Shown here: positions 37,861 through 49,839 of the stretch, piece after piece
Layout of the letters: every line of letters begins with the position of its first letter
Position numbering within the stretch: the stretch's first letter is position 1
Source: Mobula hypostoma
Taxonomy: Eukaryota
Reading direction: 5' to 3'
Assembly: GCF_963921235.1 (NCBI RefSeq)
Contig: NC_086097.1
Coordinates: 119,228,001 to 119,292,000 of the forward strand
Length of the DNA stretch: 64,000 nt
Position numbers and translations under genes: made by a program
The notes under the pieces: model-generated
Databases searched by the model: none
What the model saw: the letters and a program-made list of their open reading frames with translations, nothing else
Told to the model about the DNA's origin: nothing

Positions 37861-38500
37861 AGATAGATAGATAGATAGATAGATATACTTTATTGATCCC
37901 AAGGGAAACTGTGTTTCGTTACAGCCGCACCAACCAAGAATAGAGCATAAATATAGCAATACAAAAACCACAAACAATCAAACAACAAACTGCAAACTAT
38001 GCCAGATGGAAAATAAGTCCAGGACCAGTCTATTGGCTCAGGGTGTCTGATCCTCCACGGGAGGAGCTGCAAGTTCGATGGCCACAGGCAGGAATGAACT
38101 CCAGTGCCGCCCAGTGTTGTATCTCGGTGGAATATGGCTGAAGTCCAACAGTAAAAAGTTCAATATTCGGTCTACAAACACGTTCCTCGATTGTAAAATG
38201 ACCCGGATTGCACTATCTGTTGTTAACCAGAACAGTAAGCACCCAACTCCTTTATGCTTACCGCTCTCAGTGCACCTCCGGTCAGCCCGAACAGTCTGGA
38301 AGCCGTCCATATAGAAGTTTTGATCGGGTATGTCCTCGTGCAGCCCCGTTCCAGTGAAACATATAACACTGCACTCCTGAAATATTCTCTGACGCCTGGC
38401 TAGCGCCGTGAACTCATCCATTTTATTACCCACCGAACTCCTCTTCTCCATAAGTCTCTGTTGTCTCGACCTGGTCCTCTTTCCTCGACTTTGTGATCCC
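37861..38500 (-). mobile_element. Internally deleted Rex1-like element with (ATCT)n tail, inserted in a CR1 3' fragment
   Basis: Endonuclease N-terminus (NKMDE..CSVICFT) joined to the ORF end (GRHWSSFLPVAIEL). CR1 pieces at 37700-37860 and 38530-38675 rejoin across it. Confidence 0.72.
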
Positions 38501-38889
38501 CCTCTGCACACTCTGTGTGTTTTTTGCATTCACCATGACTTGGCCTCTGTGCTCTCTATGTCAATCAAATCCACAGATTTACCACCCTCTGGCAAAAGAA
38601 ATTCCTCCTCATCTCTTTTTTTCCTATCGGGAAGTTCTTCTAATCAGAGGTTATTCCCCTTGGTCCCAGGTTCTCCCATAAATACTGTGATTACAGGAGT
38701 TGATCAGGGGTTGGCTATCATGCAGCTACTGACCATCTCTTGTCAGCGAAAAGTTCCACCACCATCTATATAAGGGACAAGTCAAAAGCAGGACTAAATG
38801 TTCTCCAATATCCTGGCTGAGTGTGGCTCAAGTAATAAGCAGAAAGATGTAGGACAAATCACTGGCATGATTGGAATCCCTTTCACTAC

Positions 38890-40915
38890 CCTAAGAATTG
38901 TCTTCTTCCATCAACATGGCGCATCATCGCTCCAGTGCATGACAAAATCCATGTTGATAGTATCTTCATCGATCATTTTTGTCACCTCCTTGAAACACTC
39001 AGTGATGTTACAACTTTCCTGCACAAAGACTGCCACTGACTCAGCCATGATTTTCCAAATGCTAAGAATGATATCCCTGAGAATCATCTTCAGTAAACTC
39101 TCTACCACTGATGTGAGACTTACCAGTCAGTATTTTCCAGGATTATCTCTGTTTCCCTTCCTGAATAATGGAACAATATTAGCTGCTTGCTAACCTCTGG
39201 GAGCTTGTCTGTGGTTAAAAAGGACATGAAAATCTTGATCAAGATCCCCGTAATATCATCTCTTTCCCCTGTCAACTACCTGGGGGTATATTACATTACA
39301 TCATGGTAACTTATCCAACCTAATATCCTTTACGAAACACAACAATAAATCCTTCTTTAGCTTGAAATATCCTTACAGATTAGACTACTCCACACTGCTA
39401 TTCCTATCCTCCACATCCTTTTCCTTGATAAGTACTGTTGCTAGGTACTTATTAGGACCTCACTCACATCCTCGACCTCCAAATGCATGGTCTTTCCATT
39501 ATCCTTGTGTGGGCCTATCATCTTCCTAGTTATCCACTTGCTCATAAAGTACATGTAGAAAGCCTTGGGATTCTTTTTAAATCAACTTGTCAAGGTCTTT
39601 GCATGGGCCCTTTTGGCTTTCTTAATTCCTTTCTGGATTCTTTATCATCTTCAGTCTAATTTCAGCTTGCTAAACCACAGATACTTTTCCTTTTTCTTCT
39701 TGACTAAATTCACTGCCTCTCTTGAAAAACAAGGCTCCCTTTCCTTTGTATCCTTAACCTTCCTTCATACTGAAACATACATGACTTGTACTTTGTGCAG
39801 TTGATCTTTAAACACCGTCCACAAGTCAGGTATTGACTTGCTCAAAAACCACTGTTCCCAATCAACTCTCCATATTTTCTGCCTAATACAATTGTAATTT
39901 GCCCTGTTCCAATTTAATTCTGCCTGCAAGGTCCATATTTATTCTTAACTATAGCTATCTTAAAACTTAAGTAATTGTGATCACTGTTCCCTAACTGTTC
40001 TCCCACTGAAAGTTCATTCAACTTGTCAGGCTCACTACCCAATATCATGTCTTGTATGACCCCTCTTCTTGTTAAATATCTGCATATTTATTTACGAAAC
40101 CCTCCTGGATGCACCCAACAAATTTTTCTCTGTCTCAATCCCTTGAGTTCAGGATGTCCTGAGCGTTATTAGGAAAGTTGAAATCTCCCACTAAAACAAC
40201 CCTGTTGTGTTTACACACTTCCCTATTCTTCCTGCATATCTGTTCCTCGATGTTCTGGTGACAATTAAATGGTTTGTAGTATAATCTTATCAGAGTGATA
40301 GCACTTTACTTATTTTTGAGTTCTATGCACAAAGGCTCAGGCAATGAGCCATGTGTTATGTCCCCTCTGCGTGCAGCTGTGATACTTTTTCTGATTAATA
40401 ATGCAGTTCTATACCCCACCCACTTTTTCCTCCTTCCCTATATTTTTAGAAACATAAAAACCCGGGAACCTTAAGCTTCCATTTTTGTTCCTTTCTCAAA
40501 CAAGTCGCAGTAATGGCCGCAACACCATAGTTCCATATACTGATCCATGCTCCAAGTTCATCAACTTTAGTGCTCCTAGCATTAAAATAAACACACTTCA
40601 ATCACAATGATAGACACTTCCTCCACTGTGCCTATCAACTTGCTCGGCCTGTTGATCCTGGCCTTGATATTTACCTTCCTTTCTGCCCTTCCACTTTATG
40701 ACATGGTGCTTTGTGTCCCATTCCCCTGCCAGACTAGTTTAAACTCTCTGAAATAGCACTAGCAAACCTCCTGGCTAGTATATTGATTCCCCTCAGCTTA
40801 GGTGCAACTATCCCTCTCGTAAAGTCACACCAGCCCCAGAAGACCTTCCACTGATCCAAGAACTTGAAATCCTCCTCCCTGCCACAATTCATCATCCAGA
40901 CATTCATTTGTTTCA
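38890..40915 (-). mobile_element. Old CR1 (ORF1 end, endonuclease, start of RT)
   Basis: FKFLDQWKVFWGWCD, a GDFN/SDH-like endonuclease region, NTDW-like RT entry. Confidence 0.75.
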
Positions 40916-40924
40916 TTTTTCTCT

Positions 40925-41345
40925 TCAGGCATGTGGCACTGGAAGAGCCAGTGGCCTGGTGGCACCTGTGGGTTGCCCAGCATAATCCTTGATAATTTGA
41001 TTTGATGCAAATGTATGCTTTGATGTGTACATGACAAGTAACACTAATCCAGAGTAACATACAGTTAACAGTACCAGCTTTAAGACTGAGGTTTGATTCC
41101 CATCACTGCTTGTGAGGAGTTTGTACCTTTTCCCCGTGACCATGTGGATGTCGTCCGAGTGCTCCAGTTTCTTCACATATTCAAAATTCGCACAGTTAGG
41201 GTTAATGGGTTGTGGGCATGCTCTGTTCACGCTGGAAGCACCAGAAGCATGATAGCACTTGTGGGCTGCCCAGCATAATCCTTGATGATTTGGTTTGATG
41301 CAAATGACGCAACTGTATATTTCTATGTACGTGTGAAAAAAGGGT
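40925..41345 (+). mobile_element. Tandem SINE tail fragment plus SINE
   Basis: Repeated gtgggytgcccagcataatccttgatrattt module and ggagtttgtaccttttccccgtgacc core. Confidence 0.6.
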
Positions 41346-41929
41346 AATTGTTATAAAAAAGGAAGCCAGTGAAATGGCTTTTCAGTGAGTGTTGCTGAAG
41401 AGATTAATTTTCATCTTCACTACTCATTCCACTTTATTATTGCACATTGTTTGGTCACCCAGTCTCCATTGTTAAACCACTGACGTTCTCCATAGAAACG
41501 ATATTGTGTAGGTGAGTCTACGTGATCGGCTGAGTTTCACAGATATTAAATGTCAATAAGTGGGTTAATTTTTTCATTGCAATGTTTTCTTTCTTTGAAT
41601 TCTTGGAGCAAGATTTCATGTAAAGAAGGGCATCAGCTGTTATTAAACCCTGGAGGGTTCTTCTTCAAAATTGCTCAAAAAATGCCTAACAATTGGCAGG
41701 CATGGTGGCAGGACGCAAGCAATGGCTCCGCAGTTGGTGTTACTGCCTCATAATCTTGTGACCCATGCTGGATCTTGACTTTCAGGGTAGAGTACCTTCG
41801 CAAGAAGAAAGGCAGTGATTTAAGAAGGTGCTTTAAAAAGGCAAGTAGGACTAAAAAATCAATGGCAGCTTTGTAAGCAATAATCACATCCCATCAAAAT
41901 GAATATACATATTTCTTAACTCTAAAAAT

Positions 41930-42890
41930 GTATTACTAAAATGCCAGCCTCTTCCTGGAGAAAATTCATGACAGTGTGGCTGTACAGCTCAAATATCATC
42001 TAAAAATTCACAGATGACATCCTTGTTGTCAATGAAACCTTAGATGGTGACGACCCCCTTCATCATTGTTGATGAGGCCAACCACTAAATGTCTGAATGT
42101 GGAGAAAATCGAGGAAATGATTGTGGATTTTAGGAAGGCGCAGATGAACCATCCCCTTCTGCACATACATGGCTCCTCCATAGAGGAAGTTAAGTGTACA
42201 AAGTTCCTGGAAGTTCACATCATGGATGACCTCAATTGCTCCCTCAATATCACCTCCCTGAAAAAAAAGAGGCACAGTAACATCTCCACCTCCTGAAAAG
42301 ATGAAGAAATTGAGGCAAGCGGGGATCCTCCCACCCCACCCCACCCCACCCCATATTATCTAAATTTTACACTGAGAGCATCTCTGACAAGCTGCATCTG
42401 CATCTAGTGTGGGAGCAGCAGAGCATTGGGCCAGAAGTCCCTACAAAGGACTACAAGAACAGCCAAGAGGATCATAGGGGGTCTCCCTATTAATTATTTG
42501 GGACACTTATCAGGAGCACTGATTAGTATTATTAAGGTTCCCACCCAGCTATCCTGCATTCTCGTTGACTTTCTAACATCAGGCAGATGACTCTGATGCA
42601 TAAAGATAAAAATGGTCAGAATGAGAAACAGCTTCTTCTTTCAGATCATTAGTCTTCTACACTCCTTGCACATTGCATTCAAAATGTCAATGGATAACTT
42701 GTACTGTACCATACAATATTTAATTTATGCACTTTATTTTGTTCATCTATGTGTAATTCGTTTATAGATTTAATTCTTTCTTTCCTAAGTTATTGGGTGT
42801 TATGTTTCACACCCTGGTCCTGAGAAACGTTGTCTCATTTGATGGTGAACATGTATCTAGTTAAATAATAATAAACTTGATTTGACTTGG
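41930..42890 (+). mobile_element. Rex1-like LINE 3' region, decayed
   Basis: LNVEKIEEMIVDFRK..KFLEVHI. Tail aataaacttgatttgacttg. Confidence 0.7.
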
Positions 42891-43127
42891 CTTAAGGACC
42901 CGTACATGAGTGAGATAGTTAAGTTGTGTCACAACAGCAACCTTACACTCAACGCAGTAAGGCCAACAAATTGATTATGGATATCAGGAACTTGGGAGAA
43001 CACTCATCAGTCCTCAATGAGGGGACAGCGATGGAAAGACTGAACAGTTTCAAGTTCCAGGGTGTTAACCTCTCAGAGGATCTGTCCTGGCCCCAACATA
43101 TTGCTGCAATAACGAAGAAGGCACGTC

Positions 43128-43551
43128 CCCCTCGTACCCCAGCTGTTACTCATTTTTATGCACACATTCTTTCTCTCACTCTCCTTTTTCTCCCTCTGTC
43201 CCTCTGAATATACATCTCTTGCCCATCCTCTGGGTCACCCCCGCCCCCCTTGTCTTTCTTCCCGGACCTCCTGTCCCATGATCCTCTCGTATCCCCTTTT
43301 GCCTATCACCTGTCCAGCTCTCGGCTCTATCTCTCCCCCTCCTGTCTTCTCCTATCATTTTGCATCTCCCCCTCCCCCTCCAGCTTTCAAATCCCTTACT
43401 CACTCTTCCTTCAGTTAGTCCTGACGAAGGGTCTCGGCCTGAAACGTCGACTGCGCCTCTTCCTATAGATGCTGCTTGGCCTGCTGCGTTCACCAGCAAC
43501 TTTGATGTATGTTGCTTGAATTTCCAGCATCTGCAGAATTCCTGTTGTTCC
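43128..43551 (+). mobile_element. Young Penelope-like terminal repeat insertion
   Basis: Same family as 3287-3655 and 8189-8638. Possible CGTC TSD at 43124-43127 and 43552-43555. Confidence 0.8.
43417..43452 (+). ncRNA. Minimal hammerhead ribozyme motif
   Basis: AGUC-CUGACGA-A-GGGUCUCGGCCU-GAAA-CG-UC^GACU. Confidence 0.72.
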
Positions 43552-43934
43552 CGTCAGAGACTATTTGCTTTGGAGCCTGAGGCAATTTGGTATGTCAGTG
43601 AAGACTCTTGCAAAATTTTATAGACATACCATGGAACTCATTCTGACTGATTACATCACAGCCTTATAGGGTGCCTCCAGTGTGTAGGGTCACAAGAGGT
43701 TGCAGAGGATTGTTGGCACAGAGAGCTCCATCTTCCCACCATAAAGGACATCTTCAAGGAGCCTCAAGTAGGTAGCATTTATCGCTAAGGGCTCTCCCCA
43801 TTCAGGTCATACCTTCTTCTTATTACTTCCACCAGGGAAAAGATACATGAGGCCGAAGACCAACACTAAATAATTTTGGAAAATCTTCTTTCCCTCCGCC
43901 ATTATGTTTCTAAAATAAACCTTTCGGAGTAGAG

Positions 43935-44240
43935 AGGCACAGCAGCATGGAAGTCTGTGCAGCACTTTACAATGCCAGCTATAAGATCAGGGTTCAATGA
44001 CCACTGCTGTTTGTAAGGAGTTTGTACTTTCTTCCCATGACCATCTTCTCCAGTTTCCCACTATACTCCAAAAATGTACGATTAGGGTCAGTGGGTTGTG
44101 GACATGCTAAGGTCGTGCCAAAGTGTGGCAAATTTGGGGGTTGTTCAGTACAATCCTCAAAAATTTGTTTTGATTTGATGCAAACAATGCATTTCACTGA
44201 CTATTTCAATGTGCGTGTGACAATTAGTGTTAGTCTTTAG
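43935..44240 (+). mobile_element. tRNA-derived SINE
   Basis: ggcacagcagcat head, gggttcaat B-box, ggagtttgtactttc core. Confidence 0.6.
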
Positions 44241-44621
44241 TATTTATCGTTATCAGCACCCATGAGCGTTATCTCGTTATTTCTCTATTATGAACTTTTT
44301 ACTTATTTTATATCTTATAGTCATTTTTATGACTTTGCACTCTCTTGCCACTACAAAGCATCAGATTTCATTTCATGTAAGTCAGCAGTAACAAACAAGA
44401 TTGTGATTCTGATTCTGGAGTGTGCGGAGGTTGGTCACTGTCCCTTTGATTGCAGTTTTCCCCCTAGATGTTCAGGACTTCTTTTCTTACCTCCAAGAAT
44501 TACTGGTTGGTTAAACGGCTGCTGTAAACTGTACACGGTTAGCAAGTGGCAGAAGAATCAGGGGAAGCCATTAGTCATGTGACAGAGAACATGTTACAAA
44601 GTACTATATTTTATTATTAGT

Positions 44622-44895
44622 ATGGCACAGTAGCATAGTAGTTAGCACAACACTTTACAGTAGCAGTGAACTGAGTTTAATTTCTGCTGCTGTTTGTGAG
44701 GAGTTTGTGTCATACACCCATGACAGTGTGGGTTTCCTCCAGGTGCTCTGGTTTCCTCACACAGTCCAAAGACGTACCAGTTGGTATGTTAATTGATCAT
44801 TGCAAATTGTCCCGTAATTAGGTCAGGATGCTGGGTGGCATGACTCAAAGGGCCAGAAGGGCCTTTTCTGTGCTATATCTCAATAAATAAATAAA
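44622..44895 (+). mobile_element. tRNA-derived SINE with CR1-type tail (HE1-like)
   Basis: ggcacagtagcatagtagttagcac head. Tail ggccagaagggccttttctgtgcta matches the CR1 3' end at 62336-62362. Confidence 0.75.
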
Positions 44896-45351
44896 TATTT
44901 TTTTCTAATTAATATTCTATGCTTATAGGAATTTAAAAAATATGTATAATTTAATTATATGAAATACATCAACTTAAAATGTCTACCTACTGTTCTGTAG
45001 AAAACAATTTCCTCTATTCTTTTCCGTGGAGTTGCCTACAGGCATGAAGTTTAATCTTCCATAAATTTATTAGCTTCGGTACTGGGGAATATAGGAAAGA
45101 CTGCTATTAGGACTCCATGGAATCCAGAATATATGGCCAGTGTCCTGGATCTAAAACTTAGTAGGAGCAAAAGGCTTCACTTCAGCATGTTCTGGAGAAA
45201 CCTGAATTCCCACCCAGTTGAATGGTGGAGCTGGGTGATGGATATACCACAGGAAGCAACAAACAGTCTGCGAGATGTACTTGGCACTGGGAGCAGCATC
45301 TGCAACAGAAAAGGTAATGCCAATGTTTTGGATCGAAAACCTGAATCAGGG

Positions 45352-45728
45352 ATGATTTAATTATGAAAGGAATAGATAAGATAGAGGCAGGAAAGTCGTT
45401 TCCACTGGTGGGTGAGACTAGAACTAGGGGATATAGCCTCAAGTTTCAGAGGAGTACATTTAGGATGGAGGAACTGCTTTTCTCGGAGAGTGGTAAATCT
45501 GTGGAATTCTCTGCCCAATGAAGCAGTGGAGGCTATCTCAGTGAATATATTTAATACACAGTTGAATAGATGTTTGCATAGTAGGGCATTTAAGGGTTAT
45601 GGGGAAAAGGCAGGTAGGTGGAGATGAGTTCATTGCCATATCAGCCATGATCTTATTGAATGGTGGACTAGGCTCGACGGGCCAGATGGCCTACTCCTGC
45701 TCCTATTTCTTATGTTCTTATTTTCTTA
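45352..45728 (+). mobile_element. CR1 3' fragment
   Basis: FSRRVVNLWNSLP. Tail ttcttatgttcttattttctta. Confidence 0.85.
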
Positions 45729-45789
45729 CATCCTGATAGCCTTTCAACCCAAAACACTAACAATTTATTCCCCCCCCCCCACAGATGCT

Positions 45790-46205
45790 TCATCTTGAGC
45801 ATTGGCCTCCCCAGCATCGCGGACATCTTCAAAAGGTAATATCTCAATAAGTTGGCATCCATCACCAAGGACCCCTATCTCTCAAGACATGCCCTCTTCT
45901 CATTATTACCATCAGGGAGAAGGTACAGGATCCTGAAGGTACACACTCAACATTTTAAGGACAGCTTCTTCTCCTCCATAATCAGATTTCTGAATGAACA
46001 ATGAACCAACCCATGAACACTGCCTCACTATTTTTGCTCTCTTTTTACACTACTTATTTAAGTTAATTTATACGCAGTAGAAAAATATATACAGTAGATA
46101 TTATTTTGTAATTCATATTTTTTCATATGTATTGCTCTTAGCTGCTGTAAAATGACAACTTTCATAATTTATGTCAGTGATATGAAACCTGATTGTGATT
46201 CCGAT
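45790..46205 (+). mobile_element. Rex1-like 3' fragment
   Basis: LFSLLPSGRRYR-type sequence. Tail aaacctgattgtgattccgatt. Confidence 0.7.
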
Positions 46206-46775
46206 TTTAGCCTACAGAGCTCCTCAAGCAGATTGTTTGCTGCTTCAGATTCCGACATCTGCAGCCACTTGTGTCTCCATGTACTGCAAGAATCTTTTTA
46301 ACACTGGCAAAAGATGCGTATGGGTTGAAGCTTCAATTAGGTTCCTTAAAGGCATTCCCTTCCTGAAACCATATCTTTATATGTACTTGGTTGCCCTATT
46401 TTTTTTTTCCCTCCAGTACTTTTACCTCTGCATCCAGTGAAACTCCACCTGGCTTTGTCAATAAAATGCAGGTGAACCTACAGTAAAGACTTGAGTGGAA
46501 CTTTATGTTAACCTTCTAGATTCCTTCACTAATGGACTATGCAGCTGCTATAAAATATGAATTAAAAGTGTAATAAAAATGTCCCCTACAAAAGTGATTT
46601 CTGATACCCATCCTCTTTTTTACTATCCCTCACGATCAACATTTTTGGGACTTTACAACTAGATTTGAACTAGTTCTTAAATGCTTTGAATAACATGCAT
46701 TTCAGGAAGAAAGTTTAGCTCCATTCTAATTTTTATATTAGTAAACATGTCAATGAGCACTGAATATATAATGTA

Positions 46776-46870
46776 CACTCAGTGGCCACTTTATTAAGTA
46801 TGCCTGTACACCTGCTTGTTAATGCAAGTACCTAATCAGCCAATCATGTGGCAGCAATTCAATGCATACC
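46776..46870. mobile_element. Tc1-like MITE end
   Basis: TA-cactcagtggccactttattaagta TIR. Confidence 0.7.
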
Positions 46871-46992
46871 GTTGTGTAATAAGGATGAGCGAAAAGCAGA
46901 CACTGCATGCCATGATAAAGTGTGTGAGCGAAGATTCCGAGGGATGAGAATGAGAATGGGGTGGTTACATAAGAGAAAGAGAGAGAGAGATA

Positions 46993-48020
46993 AGAATCAG
47001 AATCAGGTTTATTATCACCAGCATGTGTCATGAAATTTGTTAAGTTAGCAGCAGCAGTTCAATGCAATACATAATACAGAAGAAAAAATAATAATAATAC
47101 ATAAATCAATCAAACAATTACAGTATATGTCTATTGAATAGATTAAAATCATGAAGAAACAGAAATAGTATTTATTTGAAAAGTGAGTTAGTGTTCACAG
47201 GTTGAATGTCCATTTAGGAATTGGATGACAGAGGGGAGGAAGGTGATCCTGAATCACTGAGTGTGTGCCTTCAGGCTTCTGTACCTCCTACCTGATGGTA
47301 ACAGTGAGAAAAGTGCATGCCCTGGGTGCTGGCATCTGTTAGTCTTGTGAGACCATGGATCTGCACCTGGAAAGCCTTCACTCTCCAGGGCTCAGGCCTG
47401 GGCAAGGTTGCATGGAAGACCAGTAGTTGCCCATGCTGCAAGTCTCCCCTCTCCATGACACCAATGTTGTCCAAGGGAAGGGCATTAGACCCATACAGCT
47501 TGGCACCAGTGCCGTCGCAGAGCAATGTGTGGTTAAGTGCCTTGCTCAAGGACACATGTTCTCTTGGCTGGTGCTCGAACTCATGACCTTCAGGTCGCTA
47601 GTCCAATGCCTTAACCATTTGGCCATGCACCCACCTCCTGGGTGCTGGAGGTCCTTAATAATGTACGCTGCCTTTCTGAGATATTGCTCCTTGAAGATGT
47701 CTTGGGTGCTTTGTAGGCTAGTACCCAAGATGGAGCCAACTAAATTTACAATCATCTGCAGCTTCTTTCAGTCCTGTGCAGTAGCCCCCACCTCCTCATA
47801 CCGAACATTGATGTAGCCTGTCAGAAAGCTCTCCACGGTACATCCAGAGAAGTTTCTGGGTGTTTTTGTTGACATACCAAATCTGTTCAAATTCCTAATG
47901 AAGTATAGTCGCTGTCTTGCCTTCTTTATAACTGCATTGATATGTTGAGACCAGGTTAGGTCTTCAGAGATCTTGACAACCAGGAACTCAAAACTGCTCA
48001 ATCTCTCCACTTCTGATCCC
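46993..48020 (-). mobile_element. Rex1-like LINE 3' region with a SINE insertion
   Basis: SEDLTWSQHI..KKARQRLYFIR. (TTCTGA)n tail. Confidence 0.8.
47333..47636 (-). mobile_element. Complete tRNA-derived SINE with 12-bp TSD
   Basis: A-box tggccaaatggtt, B-box gagttcgagc, core gtgtccttgagcaaggcacttaacc. CCTGGGTGCTGG at 47321-47332 and 47637-47648. Confidence 0.85.
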
Positions 48021-48089
48021 TGACAAGTATGACAAGCACTGTGTCAACAAGTATGAATTTAAATATTATCATGATTAAATAATAATTAG

Positions 48090-49837
48090 CTGACACGTGC
48101 AAATTCACATGTGCAATTGCAGTATCTACTGCGCTATGGAATCCGTGGTTGTGACAGGGCCTCCCTCTCCAGGCGCAGCCCCTGAGGCACCACAGACCTG
48201 TGTCTGTTGGAAGTCCTGGATCAGCGACTTGTCCAAGATGTCCTTCGCTGGGATCCAAGTACGTTCTTCTGGGCCCTCCCCTACCCACTCCACAAGGTAC
48301 TGGACCTTACCATGTACCGGCGAGATGCCAGGAGGCGCTGCACAGTATAGAGAAGGGAACCATCTACCAGGTGGGGAGGTGGAGTGACTGGGTCAGGGGA
48401 GAGGTAGTAACCGGCTTGAGCTAGGAAGCATGGAATACCGGTTGGATCTTCAGTGATGCTGGTAGACGCAACCTATAGGACACCTTGTTGACAGCCTTTT
48501 CCACTACAAACGGTCCCATGTAACACAGTGCCAATTTCCAGTTTTCAACTTTTAGGGAAGATCCCTTGATGCCAACTAGACCTCCTCTCCTGGCTTGAAT
48601 GGCCTTACCTTTCGACAGAGTCAATCAGCCTGCCAGGAATGTTGTTTTTGGGCATGCAGCAGAGAAGCCCTGGCTCATCTCCAGGTGCGCTTGTGGTTCA
48701 GGATCAACTGTTCAGCAGCAGGAACTCCTACGTTGATCTCCTGATCAGGGAAGAGCAGGGGCTGGAATCCCTTCTGGCATTCAAAGGGAGACATACTGGT
48801 GGAGGATGACTGCAGGTTATTGTGGGTGATCTCTGCCCAAACCAATTGGGAGCTCCGGGACATGGGGTTGGAAGAGGCAAGACAGCGCAGGGTTGTAACC
48901 AACTCCTGGTTCACTCTCAGTCTGGCCATTAGACTGGGGGCAAAAGCCAGATGGGAGGTTGGCTGTGGCTCCCAGTCCACTCTGCAAGGCAGTGATGAGA
49001 GATCTCTCATTCCATCCAGTCTCTACTACGAGGTATGGAATTTCACTACATAGGCTCTCACTATTCCTCTGTCTTGGTGCAGGTCCAAGAGTCGGTGGGC
49101 AGCCTCCTGAACCTGTACTGGAAGTTCAAAAACTCTCCTTAACTCTGTCACAAAGTGTCAGAACGACTGGGCTACAGGGTATCCTTCATCCCATAAAACG
49201 TTGAACAGGCTGAGTGGAGGTCCGTCAAGAAGTTTGACCATGTATGTCAATTTTCGCATATCATCACCAAAACGACCAGGCTGAACTTGGAATGTCAGCT
49301 CGCATTGGGTACTAATATTCCGGCAACCATCGGGATCACCAGAATATCTGCCTGGTGGTGGAATACTCGGTTCCTGTACGGTGGTGGGAGTCGGCTCTGG
49401 TCCGGGTATGGGAGTGGGAGCGTTGGTAGCAGAGATTGTCGTGGCAACAGAAAAGGAGGACCTGCGAGATGCTGGGAGTGGGACTGAGGTGGCCTGAGGC
49501 TGTTGAATTAAGCTAGCGAGAACGTTAACGGCTGTTCACAGTAAGTTTGTGGATAGCGGCCGTGAGTGCGTAAATCGCAGAAACACCTGAGTCCGATTGT
49601 CTGTGGTGAGCTATTAAACAGTTGTGGCTAGGGATGATACCTGTACCTCCAAGTGAGATGGGGCTTGTCAGCATGAGGTTATCTGCCTCATTGCCTCCGT
49701 AACTTCACTGGGAACAGATTCCATTCCCTGTAGCTTGTCTCCTACCTGCCCAATGAATCACACAGCCAAGCTGACATGTGCAAATTCACAAACACAATTG
49801 CCATATCTAATGCGTTGCCGAATCTTTGATTGTGACA
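48090..49837 (-). mobile_element. Internally deleted chromoviral Ty3/Gypsy element
   Basis: GPFVVEKAVNKVSYRLRLP..PVFHAS and chromodomain [23 protein letters not shown]. Polypurine tract ggagagggagg. Two LTR starts TGTCACAA at 48157 and 49837. Confidence 0.82.
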
Positions 49838-49839
49838 CC

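Larger units (their letters stand above)
42900..43915 (+). mobile_element. Rex1-like LINE fragment interrupted by a Penelope terminal repeat
   Basis: FKFQGVNLSEDLSW..TKKAR, resuming at 43552. Confidence 0.7.

Noticed and set aside
46418..46472. Plus-strand micro-exon after a strong pyrimidine tract
   Set aside because: Weak donor (gtgaac), unrecognised peptide and no partner exons.
47560..47636. tRNA gene
   Set aside because: It is the head of a TSD-flanked SINE, and no complete acceptor stem is evident.
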